Below are positions 14,054 to 26,521 of a stretch of 64,000 bases of DNA, piece by piece. The notes below the pieces were generated by a model, which saw only the letters and a list, made by a program, of their open reading frames with translations, was not told the DNA's origin and made no database searches. Numbering within the stretch: the first letter of the stretch is position 1; each line of letters starts with the position of its first letter. The position numbers and the translations under genes are program-made. The stretch is taken from contig NW_003526943.1 in NCBI RefSeq assembly GCF_000181795.1, positions 10,861,759 through 10,925,758 of the forward strand. Reading direction: 5' to 3'. This DNA is from Trichinella spiralis. Taxonomy: Eukaryota.

Positions 14054-17000
14054 TACGGCATTTTTTTATCATAACATATTTATCAAACTAAATGAATAAA
14101 TAAAGAAATTTTTCTTTTAAAAATTGTACATTGAAAATAATTATTATCCTGAAACATCACATTTAAAAAGTATTCAAAATTTTCTATGATGTGTTGTTCA
14201 AAAGAAATTGATGATAATTGACTTTCGAGTTAATAAAAATCGACTAATCACTGCATGTGAATAAAACTTTTTTCCAATATTATAATAATTATTACGAAAA
14301 TTTCAAACATTTTGATGTTTATTATGCATTTAATTTTTTATAAATTAAGTGTATAAAATATTTCCTTGATTAATCGGCAATATTTTGAAATTCATATATT
14401 GCTAACATCACATGAAAGTAAGAGTTTATAAAAAAAGAATTTTGGTGAAAAGCAAAGAATTTTAAAATAAACATATGTCAATTTTGATTAATTTACAAAG
14501 AAATGTATATAAATTTTAAATAACTACTGAAATGCTGTTTTGAAATTTCCATCGATTCTTTTTCAATATAAAAACTTATGAATTTTTGTCAGGTAGAAAT
14601 AATTTCTTGAAATTTTAATTATCTCCCCTATGATTAGATCGAAGCAACACAGCATGGTTGTTTTATTTTATTTTACTTTTAACAGAAAACTCCATTATAA
14701 TATTTGGTGTAAAAAAATGCACGTTTTTTAGTTTTGCTTTTAAACTAGTGATTTCACAATTGATTGAATGAAAAATTCGTTTTGCACAAAGTGATAAAAA
14801 AAATGAAAGGATTTTTATTCAAAATTATCATTTCTTGTGGACTTATTGTTTATTCGACTTTTTCTTTTATTCTTCATATTTCTTTTGTTTAATATATCAA
14901 CTAGCAAATGACTGCTTTTACAAATGTCTCGCATGATTCAATTATGAGTTACTTTTTAACCAAACAATTTTGCTATGTCCATTGTGAAATATGAAAAACC
15001 TTCAGCTGGTAATGGTCAATTTATACTTTTCATGCTTGAGCAGATGCTTGTTCTGTGCATACACATGAGAATAGCTGCAGCCATTTATTAGTCGAGGCGA
15101 TGCTATCTAAACTATGAAAAAGCAATTACTAATGACTATGACAAGCCAAGTCAAGCAAAATATTGAACATTCTTTCTTGTATGCATGTTTCTTTGAATAC
15201 TGTGTGCTGTTGATCAAAGTGCAACTTAGCACAGCAACTGATGCAAAACGTTGACTACATTTTTGCTTCATTTTTCCACTTCATTTTCCACAAATATCCG
15301 TACAATCAAAGCTGTAACTTTTTCTGCATTCAATGAACCATAATGTAAGCATTTTTTAAGCTGACAATTGAAAATGGAGCAGAAAATGCGAAGAACATAA
15401 TTCCATTTTTTCCCATTTTGTGCTTTTTATTCCTGAATTTTAGAATAAATCATAACTTCACCCACGATTTTAATCGATTCTTTCATGCTGTTTTTGTTCA
15501 TTTTTAATTTTTATTTATTAATTTGCTATATTTTTATGTTTATTTTTTGCTTTTCAACTATGAAATAATTCTTCAAACGTAACCATGAATATTAATCATT
15601 ACTAGTGCAATTTAATGAAAATTTTATTCTATTAAAATATTAAAATGCAAATTTTTTGTTAAAATGATGTCATCATATATTTCAAGTTGTGCTTATTATT
15701 TATTGTTCATCTCAAACTGAACAGCTTTCAATTAATATTTGATTAAAAGCTGTCTTTTTTTGAATTTTCAACGGAAGATATGCATAATTGTCACTGTCAC
15801 CGATTGTCTGTTCACTGAAATGAAAATATTTATCATTTTTTAAATATCTCTTTACACAATTTGATTGATATTTCAAACATTGCACACACAAAATATATCA
15901 TTGCGAACAGCGCAACAACCTGAAATATGCTTTGATCAACTCATGCCACAAAAGTACTTAATATAATGCTTTTTCAATTGCTAAACTTAGTTTAAACGCT
16001 CAAAAAATCTCTGCAAGCAAAAGAAACTTTCAAACAGTTTAATAAATTGCCATGGAATTGTTTTTAAAAAATCACTAAAAAATTACAAATTTATGAAAGT
16101 TGAATACATGACAGAGAAGGTTTTACAAAAGGAAATGCTTTGATGATCCTAGATATACTAACTTTATACATTTTATTGTAATTCACATACTTCAGAAGAA
16201 ATATTTTTATAAAAATGTACTGATATTTTAAAAATTACTGTTGCAAAAAGCATTTAAGCACAAGCAGATGATATTTACATTTGAAAATATATGCTTAAAT
16301 TAAATATTTTGGTATTTGCAAAAGCTATTGTCAAAGATGAAAAGAAACATAGTAGATGATGTATTTTGGATAGATGTAATTGAATTAAAAGTTACACATG
16401 AATTAAATATATTAAATTGATGTGATTTTAAATTTATTAATTTGAAATTATTCAACCAATAAAAGATAAGATGAAAATTTATTAATTTCTTCGAAAATTA
16501 TTTAGCAAATCAAAAAAAGTAATTTTTAATGCTTTTAATTTTATCCATATTTTGTTATGGAATTGGAAAATTTTGTGCATAAAATTGGTTTGTAGTAAAA
16601 TTAAGGCACTTTTTGAATAAATCATTCAGTATATTGCATAATATAGGTGTTCATAAAATTAATATCTACCCTTCAGTTATGGCAATATGGAGTGATAAAG
16701 TGGATGGGTGATAATTTACATTCTAAAATGAGATTGTTCATTCAATTTGCCGCACCTGTGTTCGATCAATATCCGGTCAAGCGGCCATGTAAATGCTAAT
16801 TAATGAAAATTACATGTGCAAGTTATTTCGTTCAGTTTTGGCTGTCCGTAATCGATGGTCACTGTTGACTTGCACAATTTGCCGGTCAGTACAAATTGCG
16901 GGTTATGACACAATAATTCAACCGGCACATCAACAATGTGTCCTAGCACAGTTGTTGTTGACAAGCAGTATGTTAAAATAATTGCTTCACTGACACATAT

Positions 17001-17371
17001 TTAATCCTTTCCAAGTGGTCACTTCGGGGTTGGCAATCGATCATCGATCCAGACGGTTGCTATTGGCCCGAGCTGAATGCAAGCCCCATCCATACCAATC
17101 GGTTCATCACTTTATCACCAGGTGTCGTTTTGGTACTTTTACTTTTTCACCTTCATGTTCGTTCAAGTTTGATCAGTTTGCCATTTCGCTTCTCCAACGG
17201 CAGTTGCGTATCGTTTGATCATTTTCACTATCTCCCTTCTTTCCAAAGGTACTGAGCCACACGGTTATTAATTGTAATTTTTCATTCAAAATCACAAACT
17301 CTTCCCATTTATTAATAAATTTATGAATTATGAACTTTCTTTTTCGTTTAAGCTTTCAAGCAGGCGACAAA

Positions 17372-17665
17372 ATGAAGCTGGTATCGTTTGTGGTGATCAT
17401 GCTTGCAGCGATTCTTTTGCACGGCAATTCAAGCAGGGCGGGCGTGGCAATGCGTGGCGCCTATCCTGGCAAAACGATCGACTCATACCAAATGGACGAA
17501 CCATTACCGGTCGACAGCCGTTTCAACGAAGATCTCTGGCGAATGATGGTACAAAATTCCGCCGTATGGCGCAAAAGAGACATGCAACCTGATTCATCTG
17601 AAGTCGACCGACCCTCTTGGAAGAAGAGCAAACTTTGGGGATATGGCAAAGCCGTCTGGGGCTGA
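17372..17665 (+). CDS. Secreted neuropeptide precursor, MIP/allatostatin-B-like (W-x6-W-amide)
   Basis: 97 aa. Hydrophobic signal peptide MKLVSFVVIMLAAILLHG, dibasic sites (WRKR, WKK), and C-terminus LWGYGKAVWG* (W-x6-W plus amide-donor Gly). A probable non-coding first exon ends at donor AAG|GTACTG ~17248, with acceptor TTTAAG ~17352. Confidence 0.8.
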   Translation: MKLVSFVVIMLAAILLHGNSSRAGVAMRGAYPGKTIDSYQMDEPLPVDSRFNEDLWRMMVQNSAVWRKRDMQPDSSEVDRPSWKKSKLWGYGKAVWG

Positions 17666-20600
17666 ATGTTTTGTGGTTTTCACCTTGCATTGCTGTTTCC
17701 TATTTTTCTTTTCTCTGACCACCTTGTATGCGAAGTAAATTTGCTTCTATTTTGGAAATTATTTTTTGCATAATTTTTTCTCATTCGAAAAAAAACATTC
17801 GAAATGTAAAGAGATGCATGGTTAATAAATTTAATTGAATTTTGTAATCTTTTATCTTATAAACATTTGAAACACCCAGAAAAATAAACTTTACTTATTT
17901 CTTCTACTGCTACTTTTTTCTTGAATTATTACTCGTAAGCATTTATTAGCAATGGTATCTATCAGTTCAACTGAAAAAAAGCAATTGCATTTTTATAAGT
18001 GGCTGATATTGAGCATCTGAAATATTTATGATCTTCACAATAGCCGTATTTTCTAATTGTTCATTATTGTGAATTATTAATGTTAAACATGATATCATTA
18101 TTGCAAAAATAGGATAAGAATACAGTTTTTTTAAAAAATTCTCATCATAAAATTTAGCTTTTCCTATTTCACATTTTAATTTATTCTCTTGAGAGAAGAG
18201 AGTACTGTAAAATTTTGAAAATACAAATAAAACATAATTTTCAAATGATCGCACTCTGAAATGATTGGAGAAAATTTTTACCAATACAGATGTGTAATGA
18301 AATGGCAAAAAGATATGGCTAAATGATCAATTGTTGAATATTGCGGATGGTGATCATTTGAATTCTCCAGCGATTTAGCACAGACCGTTAATAAGATTGC
18401 CTGACTTTAGCTGAACTCAGAAGCTGAAATGTGTGGCTAGTTGGAGGGTAAAGAAAGAAAAGTGGAAAATTAGTTTGACTTTTGAATGTCCATAAAAGCG
18501 CTGACAAAGGGTTGATTCAAATCAAAATTGCAAATTCAACTTGCAACCGATTTCAAATCCTCGATTTGATGATGGAAAGAAACAGCAATTACCAACACGC
18601 ATTAGCAACAGACTTAACCAACAACATAAACTGAATAAACTCAACATCAGCTTAATAGTATTCTTCAATTATTTCAACAGATTCTTCTGATGGTAGATTT
18701 TGCTTTGTTTATGGAAATTTCTGCAAGAGATCTGAGCTAAGAGTACTGAAGAAAATTGAAAAAGCATCTCAACGATTATGAATAGAATTCACATATTCAT
18801 TTCTGAAAATGAATAAGTTGGGAGATTTTTTCAAATAAGCTAATAAGATCTTCAACAACAAACAATAATTCAAAATTTTATCATGATTCCACTATCTGTA
18901 TTAGATGCATTATTTGGAGTCTATCACCTGTCAGATGAAATGCTATCAATAAGTAAGGCTTCGAATTAAGACACTTTTTACTAAAAAAATAACTTGATGC
19001 TTTTATTCCACTACAGTGCATAATGCTATTGAAAAAAATATTAACAATTTAATTTCATTTTAATATATATTACAAAAATATTTCAATGATTGCATTATCA
19101 TATATGCATAATGTAAATTTAAAAGATTGATCAAAAATTTAATTTAAACAAAAATGAATAATTCGTTTAACGATAAATTTTTATAGCATTTTTACAGCAT
19201 CATATTATATGCACAGCCAATTTATTTTGCATGTTTCTTGAAAATACTTTCACTTAAATTTAATTTTAGTCTTGCACCATTGATTTGAATAATGAAAGCT
19301 GAAAACAACAATTTGCTCTACTGGTTATTAAAAATTATATAAAAATAAAGGAAAACAGTCACTGAAATAGCACTGTTTAAAGCAAATGAGCTGGAAACGA
19401 TTAAGATAAGCGTAAAAACAAGCACTGCTTTTCTTTTACGTCAAACTAATTGATAACAAATCAATTATCCAGAGCATGTATATGATGATATTTTCCAATA
19501 AGCATATTATAAAATAATTTCAACTGGTTAAGCAACTGGTTAAGCTGAAAATTCTTACTATGCAAAACATTCACATAAAATAAATAGCAGTTAAGACATT
19601 TTTTAAATTAATTCATAAAAATGGTTATGAAACATCATTTGAACTATTTTAATTGTAAAAAATGTTATACACTGAAATAAAACATGCAGTTTCACTTCAT
19701 GAATATCAATTTTTCAGTTAGTAATTTTTTAATTTATATTTTTTGTGTTGCTCTTCAACAATAATTTGAAAAATGCAAATTCATTTGCCGTAATGAGATG
19801 AAAAATTTTTAACTGACCGCACAAAATTGTAGAAATTGCAAAATTAAAATTATCATTCAGTATAATTAAATGCTAATGCTGCAATAAATAGGATTGTATT
19901 TACTTTATATGTTTACTACTCATCACTATTCTAACTAATTAGTGCACTTCAGATTTGCTGAATAACTAAAAATAATTCAATGCAATTTGAATGATGTATG
20001 TTGCAGTTTAACGATAGCAGCGTTGAAGTTCCAGTCATCAGTTAACGGAAGTTTAATTAAAAATTTTTGAGAAATAAAAAACAACAATCATTAACAATCA
20101 GAAATGTGTTGTAATAAGTTATTTATTATAATCAAAATTTTCACCTAAAGCCAGCGTATTAAAGCATATTTTTAGCCCATTTATATTTGATTTATAAAAA
20201 GTTAAAGCTCCTTTGTAAAATTAAATAACAATAATGTTAAATTTTTCACACGCTTAACAATTAACATATCGACAAGGAAGCAATTATTTTAAATAGTAGT
20301 TGTTAATAAAAAATAATTTGATTAAACGCTTTCAATTTTCATAATTTAATATATGAATAAAGTTATGTGTTCTCTAACCAAAGGGATGAAAATCTAATCA
20401 CAAGAATTAGTTACCTATAGGGTAAAAGTTAATCAATATTTACACCTCTTTATGTTACCCACAAATAATTAAAAATTACTCATTCATTTGTATAAAATTT
20501 AATTTTATTAGCAATTATCTTGTTTACATTGTCTATCTAATGAACAAACAACCAAAAATCAAAGCAAAAACTTGTTGCTAACGTTACTTAGCTTCCTGTG

Positions 20601-20854
20601 TGTTACATAAGATTGTATGTTTTTTTCTATACAAATATGCAACATACAAAAAATTATTTTGAAATACATGAACAACATTCATTAATAATTTTTACAACAA
20701 GCAAAACTGACCAAAATGTTCTTTAATTTGCATTAATTTTCAATTTTTTAATATTCAAAATCATTTCAACATGCCTCAACAAAATGCATTTGAATTTGAA
20801 ACTGCAGGTAAGCAAAAAAAATTCTCTGTATTCTATACTTGTCAAAAATTATCA

Positions 20855-21035
20855 TTAAAATCCATCTTCCATTGCTGCTAATAATTGCAACTGCGCACAG
20901 CATTGCATGTTTGTCGGATAGTTTTCTTCGTTGACTATGAAGCGTTTTCCAAAACCAAGTTGAAAATACTGCGGGTCAAGACGCTTCTGCATTCTTTGGA
21001 AGTAGTTTTGAAAATGGATTCGTCTACCATTATTG
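20855..21035 (-). CDS. Terminal exon of a candidate neuropeptide precursor (NLP-1/buccalin-like LDPQYFQLGF-amide); 5' exons unresolved
   Basis: Acceptor GCTGTAG| at 21036 is followed by NNGRRIHFQNYFQRMQ-KR-LDPQYFQLGF-G-KR-FIVNEENYPTNMQCCAQLQLLAAMEDGF* (TAA 20855-20857). Candidate upstream micro-exons lie at ~21099-21117 and 21806-21827. Not in the ORF track. Confidence 0.72.
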
Positions 21036-22779
21036 CTACAGCAATTTTTTGTGAAATAAGAAAAGCAATGCTCACATGTATAAAAATGTTTTCTTTACCT
21101 CAACTCATTGCTGTCTACTGAAAATTGCTGCATTACAACAATAAATGCAAACAAAGTGATAAAAATATTCATTCCTAAAATATAATGCTTATAAATATTT
21201 TATGATGAAATAATGTGAAACATATTTGAATGACATGTTTATTTTGATAACTTTACAAAAAGTAGAGTAGGAAATCAGCATGAATTAATAGAATTGTAGC
21301 TTGTTTAATTTAATGCAATTGTTTAAACTGTGCATGCATGAAATAGAAATAACTTTTATACATTCATGAAAAGTTTTATGAAATATTATTTAAACCATTA
21401 CAATATTAAACAATGCACATTAGAATTTGACTTAAACGCTAAAAATATTACAAATAAATACACGGCAATTAATTTGACTGAAGATTAATTTTAAAAATTA
21501 CTTTGCTGATTGATCAAATATATATATATATATATATATATAAATTCTATGAATAAAAGTCTGTGACAATCAAAAGTCAAATATACATTAAGAATGGAAT
21601 TGTCAACCAAAGCATTAATATAATATAGTTTTTATGAAATTTTCATTGTTAAACATATTTCCAAAATATGGATGGACAAAATCTATCAATTACTTCTGCC
21701 ATTTTATTAGCTATTTTGTTATTTCAATATATTAACAATTATCATGCCATTTGATTTTTTCATTTTTGTATTTCATATTAGTAAATGTAAGACATTAACA
21801 CTTACTTTTTTCTATTTACTTCTTTAGCTGAAGAAAGAAAGAGAGGAAAATAGAAATAAGAAGCTGTTAAAGACAGAAATTAAAGTGAACTTTACGCTTA
21901 TCTATGCATGATGGAATTTTATACAAAATCTTAAACTCATAAGAGATTAACTGTTGCAGACAAACCGTTTTCAATGAATTGGTTCCTTCTATAAATGTTT
22001 TTATTAAAAAAGCAAATGATTGATTATTACATTGAAAAAAGCAATTATAAAACAATTGGTTTATTTATTGGATAAAATTTGAACAACGATGTTCTTTTCA
22101 ACGTTCAAAAAACTGCAAAGTAATAATAAAGTCGTCAATTAACAATAAAGGGTAATTTATGGTATACTAACGTCGCTAGAATTGTTTACTGCTGTCTGAA
22201 TGATTTTTGCAGTAAAATGGTATATTCTTAAGTGTGACATAAGAAACAGGATATCCAATAACATAAAAGTCTAAATACACAAAAATATGCTTCAAAAAAT
22301 ATGCATTATTAGCAAGTAAATCCATTAGATAAATTTTATCTGCATAAAAGTTATAAATTTTAGTAATAATAATGAAAGTGATGAGTAATAATAATAAGTT
22401 TCTTGATCTTAACACGATGCAGTAAGAAAAACCGCTCAAAATGCTTACTATTCTATTAAAAATAAATCACTTGTTTTTTAGCTAAGCATTATCTATGTTG
22501 AAACAGTTACCTTTTCATAAAAATCTTTAAATTCGCATCTATTATAAGATAATATTTCAAACTTCTTAAGTAAGTTAATAAATAAATAACATGAAAATAG
22601 CTATCAGACGAGCGGTTGTCTGCTACATTTTTTTTTCACTTGAGAATTTCATAAACACTGATTGTATTGTTCACTGCATCAAAAAAAACAATCAAAATAG
22701 CTCATTTTTATGATAATACATTTCAATTAATTCTTTTTATATAATACATAATATATCTAAATGCAGCGCATTGTGCAAT

Positions 22780-23795
22780 AGAATGCTATTCATCATTTGG
22801 AAGCTCGGATCATCGGATGAAAACTTTCTTGTTTTGTTCTTGCAATTCAATTTCTGTAAGCTCAAGCTTGCATTTAATTGACTCTTCTACGAGATCCAGA
22901 TGCATATGATTCAGAATAGTGTACAAACGGCGCTTCAGCTTCTGCAGATAATTGCTTTTCTGTTGATTGTGGAGATTGCGATGGATAAAGCGGAGCAATT
23001 CTTGCGTGTCGAATAACTGACCTTCTGACTATGAAACTTTTTACGAAAACTGGGCGTCATTGTGACCTACAGTGATGCTTTACAGATTGAACTCGTGCTG
23101 CAAACATTTGACGCAATCCATATCTTACAGATTGTATAGGCATTTCTGACAATGACCTAACTTATAAAAAGTTCACTAGTCGGTCATATACATCTAGTAG
23201 TCCACGTGATATCACATTTACAATCAAGAATACGATTTGTGATAAAATGATTTGGTATCTCCAACATGCTTTAAATTCATCAAAACAGACCTTGGATTTC
23301 TTAAATCATCAGCATTATCTTCCGGAATGTATTCTGAAAAGTTATAATTTTAAGAAGACTTCAGTACTCATTTGCAATGCATCTCTAGTCATCATTCTTT
23401 GTCATCAGATGACGTATGGAAAAGAAGCTCCACCAGCCATTTATTAATAAACACTGACATTTACTGAACAGAATTATGCAGAAATAAACAAGTAAGCTCT
23501 TGCGATTATAGCAGCAGTAAAGAAATTTCATGATTATTCCTCATTGTTACAGACCACACACCTTTGTTAGGAATATTTTCACCTAACAAAGAAACACCAT
23601 ACATATTATCACCTCAAATGTTGCGTTGTTCTATAATTTTAAGGCCTATAAACAAAATTTTAACACGTATGACATCTGTAACACGCCGGATAAGTGATAT
23701 TTTACTAGATATCGTTTACTGATATTTTAAGTTGCTTATCACATAAAATTCCTGATTTAAGATCCCTCCATCTCTGGAAGTATTTATGCTTGAGT
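22780..23795 (+). mobile_element. Degenerate Ty3/gypsy LTR-retrotransposon pol relic (RNase H region)
   Basis: 23330-23660 translates, with stops and one frameshift, to ILKSYNFKKTSVLICNAS..ILCHQMTYGKEAPPAIY**TLTFTEQNYAEINK*ALAIIAAVKKFHDY/FLIVTDHTPLLGIFSPNKETPYILSPQMLRCSIIL. This matches the gypsy RNase H pattern (CDAS...ERNYAQI.KEALA...VKKFH.Y...TDHKPL). The left boundary is approximate. Confidence 0.85.
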
Positions 23796-24167
23796 AAAAG
23801 TTTTACTGCATTTGATTTTTAAATAATACATAACATTCTAATACACAACAATATGATTTTAATATTACATAATACTTTTTAATGAAAATTTATCGTTTTA
23901 TAATTGATGTGCAATTATGTGCTATTGAAAATTTCAAGACTATTTGCAATAAAGCAAATATTTTCCACGCAATTAAAAAACAGGCAAAATAAAGACACCA
24001 AATATTGCAAATAACAAAAGCACAATTACGTTAATTAATTACAAAAACACTATAAACAGACTGAGAATTCTGATAAATACAAAAGAAACATCTGTCAGAC
24101 GCGAAAGCACAAGATAAGTAAATGATATTCTGCTATTTTTGCTGATAATTAGGGCAAACTTTCGAAC

Positions 24168-24562
24168 TGTTACTGAAGTGATGAAATGGTGAAGTAAGAC
24201 AGACAGACCTTATGGCATAGCTGCCGGATGTTTGACTATGGCAAGGTATTTTTATTTTTGATCTCAATGATCATTTTGGAGCTCCACCAGTGGACTTTAC
24301 CGCCCGCCTATTTATACGAAGCTCATAATTAATAATATATATAACAAAGAAGTACAAAAACAGGGCATAAAAGTACTGCGAACAAGAAAGCCAAACAGAA
24401 AGTAATTATCTGTTATTGTTCAGCTTGACCTCTTCTTGCTAATTGGTAGGATCATGTATTTTTACCAGTCGCAGAGGTTATAAATAGTGCTTCGGTCTGA
24501 CAGTAAGTCAAACCTAAAAAAGCTTAGTTACGAGTCGGTTGCATCAGCAGTCATTTGTAACA
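24168..24562 (-). mobile_element. Probable solo LTR (~395 bp)
   Basis: Termini TGTTAC...GTAACA form a perfect 6-bp inverted repeat (TG...CA). On the minus strand, TATAAATA is followed by AATAAA before the 3' end. No target-site duplication (cgaac vs tcata) and no PBS seen. Confidence 0.5.
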
Positions 24563-24664
24563 TCATATTAGCAGGTAATTCTTGTTAATTAATTTGATTA
24601 AAATTTCACTAATAATTCCAGAAATTGTCGGCTGAGAATCTTATAGGGTATATATATATATATA

Positions 24665-25267
24665 CAGTCGAACTTGGTTAAGTGCACATGGAATTTGACA
24701 AAAATTTCCATGAACATATTCAAGTTGTGCATTTCTCTAAAGTAGGGAATTATGCAGAGTAATTGAAAGGAGCAATAACTTCACATGTATACATAGGTTT
24801 AACAATTTCTATTTTTTAAGTAAAATAGTCAGAAATGTAGGTTTGAATTATATTTTGTGGTACCAGCGTTACTAGCTGCTCTTCAGTTTTGTTTAGGTCT
24901 GTCTGATTTATTCTGTTTTCGAGAAAATATGGCTGAATTGTCACCAGATCTGCGACAACTTCCTTGTGAATAACTTCCTAGGAAAGCAGTTGTTGTTTTG
25001 ACTTTGGGCTAGCTTACCTTGTCTGTGATGCGCGTGCTTATTTTGATATAGCCAACAATAAAGTTTGCCAAGTATCAATAGTTGTTATGGTTGATGATAA
25101 AGGTTAAGCGGCCGAGAATGCGCCTATTTTGCACTTAAGGACTATATATTGCGAACAGTAAATCCCGTGGACGTCAGCAAAATGATGCATTTATCCATTA
25201 TTTTACCCAGTAATTAACTACAAGAAATTTTGTTAGGACAAAATCTCGTGCACTTAATCACGTTTGA

Positions 25268-25270
<3 letters not shown>
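24665..25270. mobile_element. Non-autonomous Tc1/mariner-pogo (Tigger-like) TIR element / MITE, 606 bp
   Basis: Left end CAGTCGAACTTGGTTAAGTGCACATGGAATTTGAC; reverse complement of right end CAGTCAAACGTGATTAAGTGCACGAGATTTTGTC. TA flanks on both sides, embedded in a (TA)n tract. No long ORF inside. Confidence 0.88.
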
Positions 25271-25319
<49 letters not shown>

Positions 25320-25339
25320 TTATTTATTTATTTACATTT
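25271..25339. repeat. (TA)n followed by (TTTA)n microsatellite
   Basis: Directly visible; continues the TA tract on the other side of the MITE (~24649-24664). Confidence 0.9.
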
Positions 25340-25903
25340 TTATTTTATTTATTTATTTATCGGAATAGATTATGCATAGCTCAAATTTAGTTGCATGTTA
25401 GTTTCATATAAAATAGTGCATATACGTATATTCATTTTAAATAAAATTACATTTAATTAAAAAAAAATTAACATTTGTATTTAAGAAAGCTTTTCAACAC
25501 ACTTCAAAATAGATAATGAAAATTAAAAAGTACTGTAAATACGAAATATAAAACTTAATGATCATTGATTACATACTGTATTAAGAACTTACGGGTGCCA
25601 AAAATTATTAAATTCCAGTGGTAGGTGTGTGATGTTTATTGTCGACGAGAAAATGTATTGATTATATTTGATTTTTAAAGGTATTTTATTGCAACTTTAA
25701 GTATATTAAATGTGAAGTTGAAGCATAACTAGCTGCGTTTGGCAAAAATTATATCATACTATTATAGGTCACGTGAAAGGAATACAGAACTCTGGTTCAA
25801 GTACACGAACTTCTGCTGAAGTTGTAGCTTTTATTTAATCAAGTGAAGCATCAGGAAGGTTTATTTGGAATATTAAATTTGAAAGAACTTTAAAGTTTTC
25901 AAA

Positions 25904-26521
25904 ATGGATGACATCGACGATGGCATTGATTTTGGTGATAATGCAGATGTTGGATTGGGGTTAGATGAAGTACTTTTGGACAATCAAGCTGAACTTGATC
26001 CAGAAATTGAACAAATTCGTGAACGGTTGAAAGAGATGGAAAGAGAAGCACAGCTGATTCGGAATTTGCACTCCGAGGTCGAAAAACAAATGACTACCGT
26101 ACTGAATGAATCTTCATCGACGATACCGCTTACTACTGAAGAAAAAATAGAAGTAGATTCTCGTTCCGTTTTTGTTGGAAATGTAGATTATGGGGCAACG
26201 GCAGAACAGCTTGAAGCTCATTTCCATGGATGTGGTGCAATAAATCGAGTTACTATTCTTTGCGATCGTTACAGTGGTCGTCCGAAAGGTTTTGCATACG
26301 TTGAATTCGCTGACAAAGAGTCCGCTCAAGCTTCTTTAGCTATGACTGATACTCTTTTCCGAGGACGTCAAATTAAAGTTCTTGAAAAGCGAACGAATCG
26401 TCCAGGAATGGGTAACACTCGTGCGCGACGTCCATATGGAAGAGCTCGCGTAGTATATCGCTATGTTTATCCAAATCGTCGTATGCGTCCTAGGCGAAGA
26501 TCTGTTTATACTCCGTATTAA
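25904..26521 (+). CDS. PABPN1: Nuclear poly(A)-binding protein (PABP2), single coding exon
   Basis: Acidic N-terminus; coiled coil [21 protein letters not shown] ([11 protein letters not shown]...[10 protein letters not shown]...LFRGRQIKV); KRTNRPG; Arg-rich tail ending YTPY. Possible 5'UTR intron 25681-25767. Confidence 0.97.
   Translation: MDDIDDGIDFGDNADVGLGLDEVLLDNQAELDPEIEQIRERLKEMEREAQLIRNLHSEVEKQMTTVLNESSSTIPLTTEEKIEVDSRSVFVGNVDYGATAEQLEAHFHGCGAINRVTILCDRYSGRPKGFAYVEFADKESAQASLAMTDTLFRGRQIKVLEKRTNRPGMGNTRARRPYGRARVVYRYVYPNRRMRPRRRSVYTPY

Noticed and set aside
18681..18781. Possible + strand exon reading DSSDGRFCFVYGNFCKR (C-x6-C, loosely CCHamide/AstC-like)
   Set aside because: No amidation signal, no upstream dibasic site and no signal-peptide exon found, so plausibly chance. 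Worth a glance in RNA-seq given the neighbouring neuropeptide genes.
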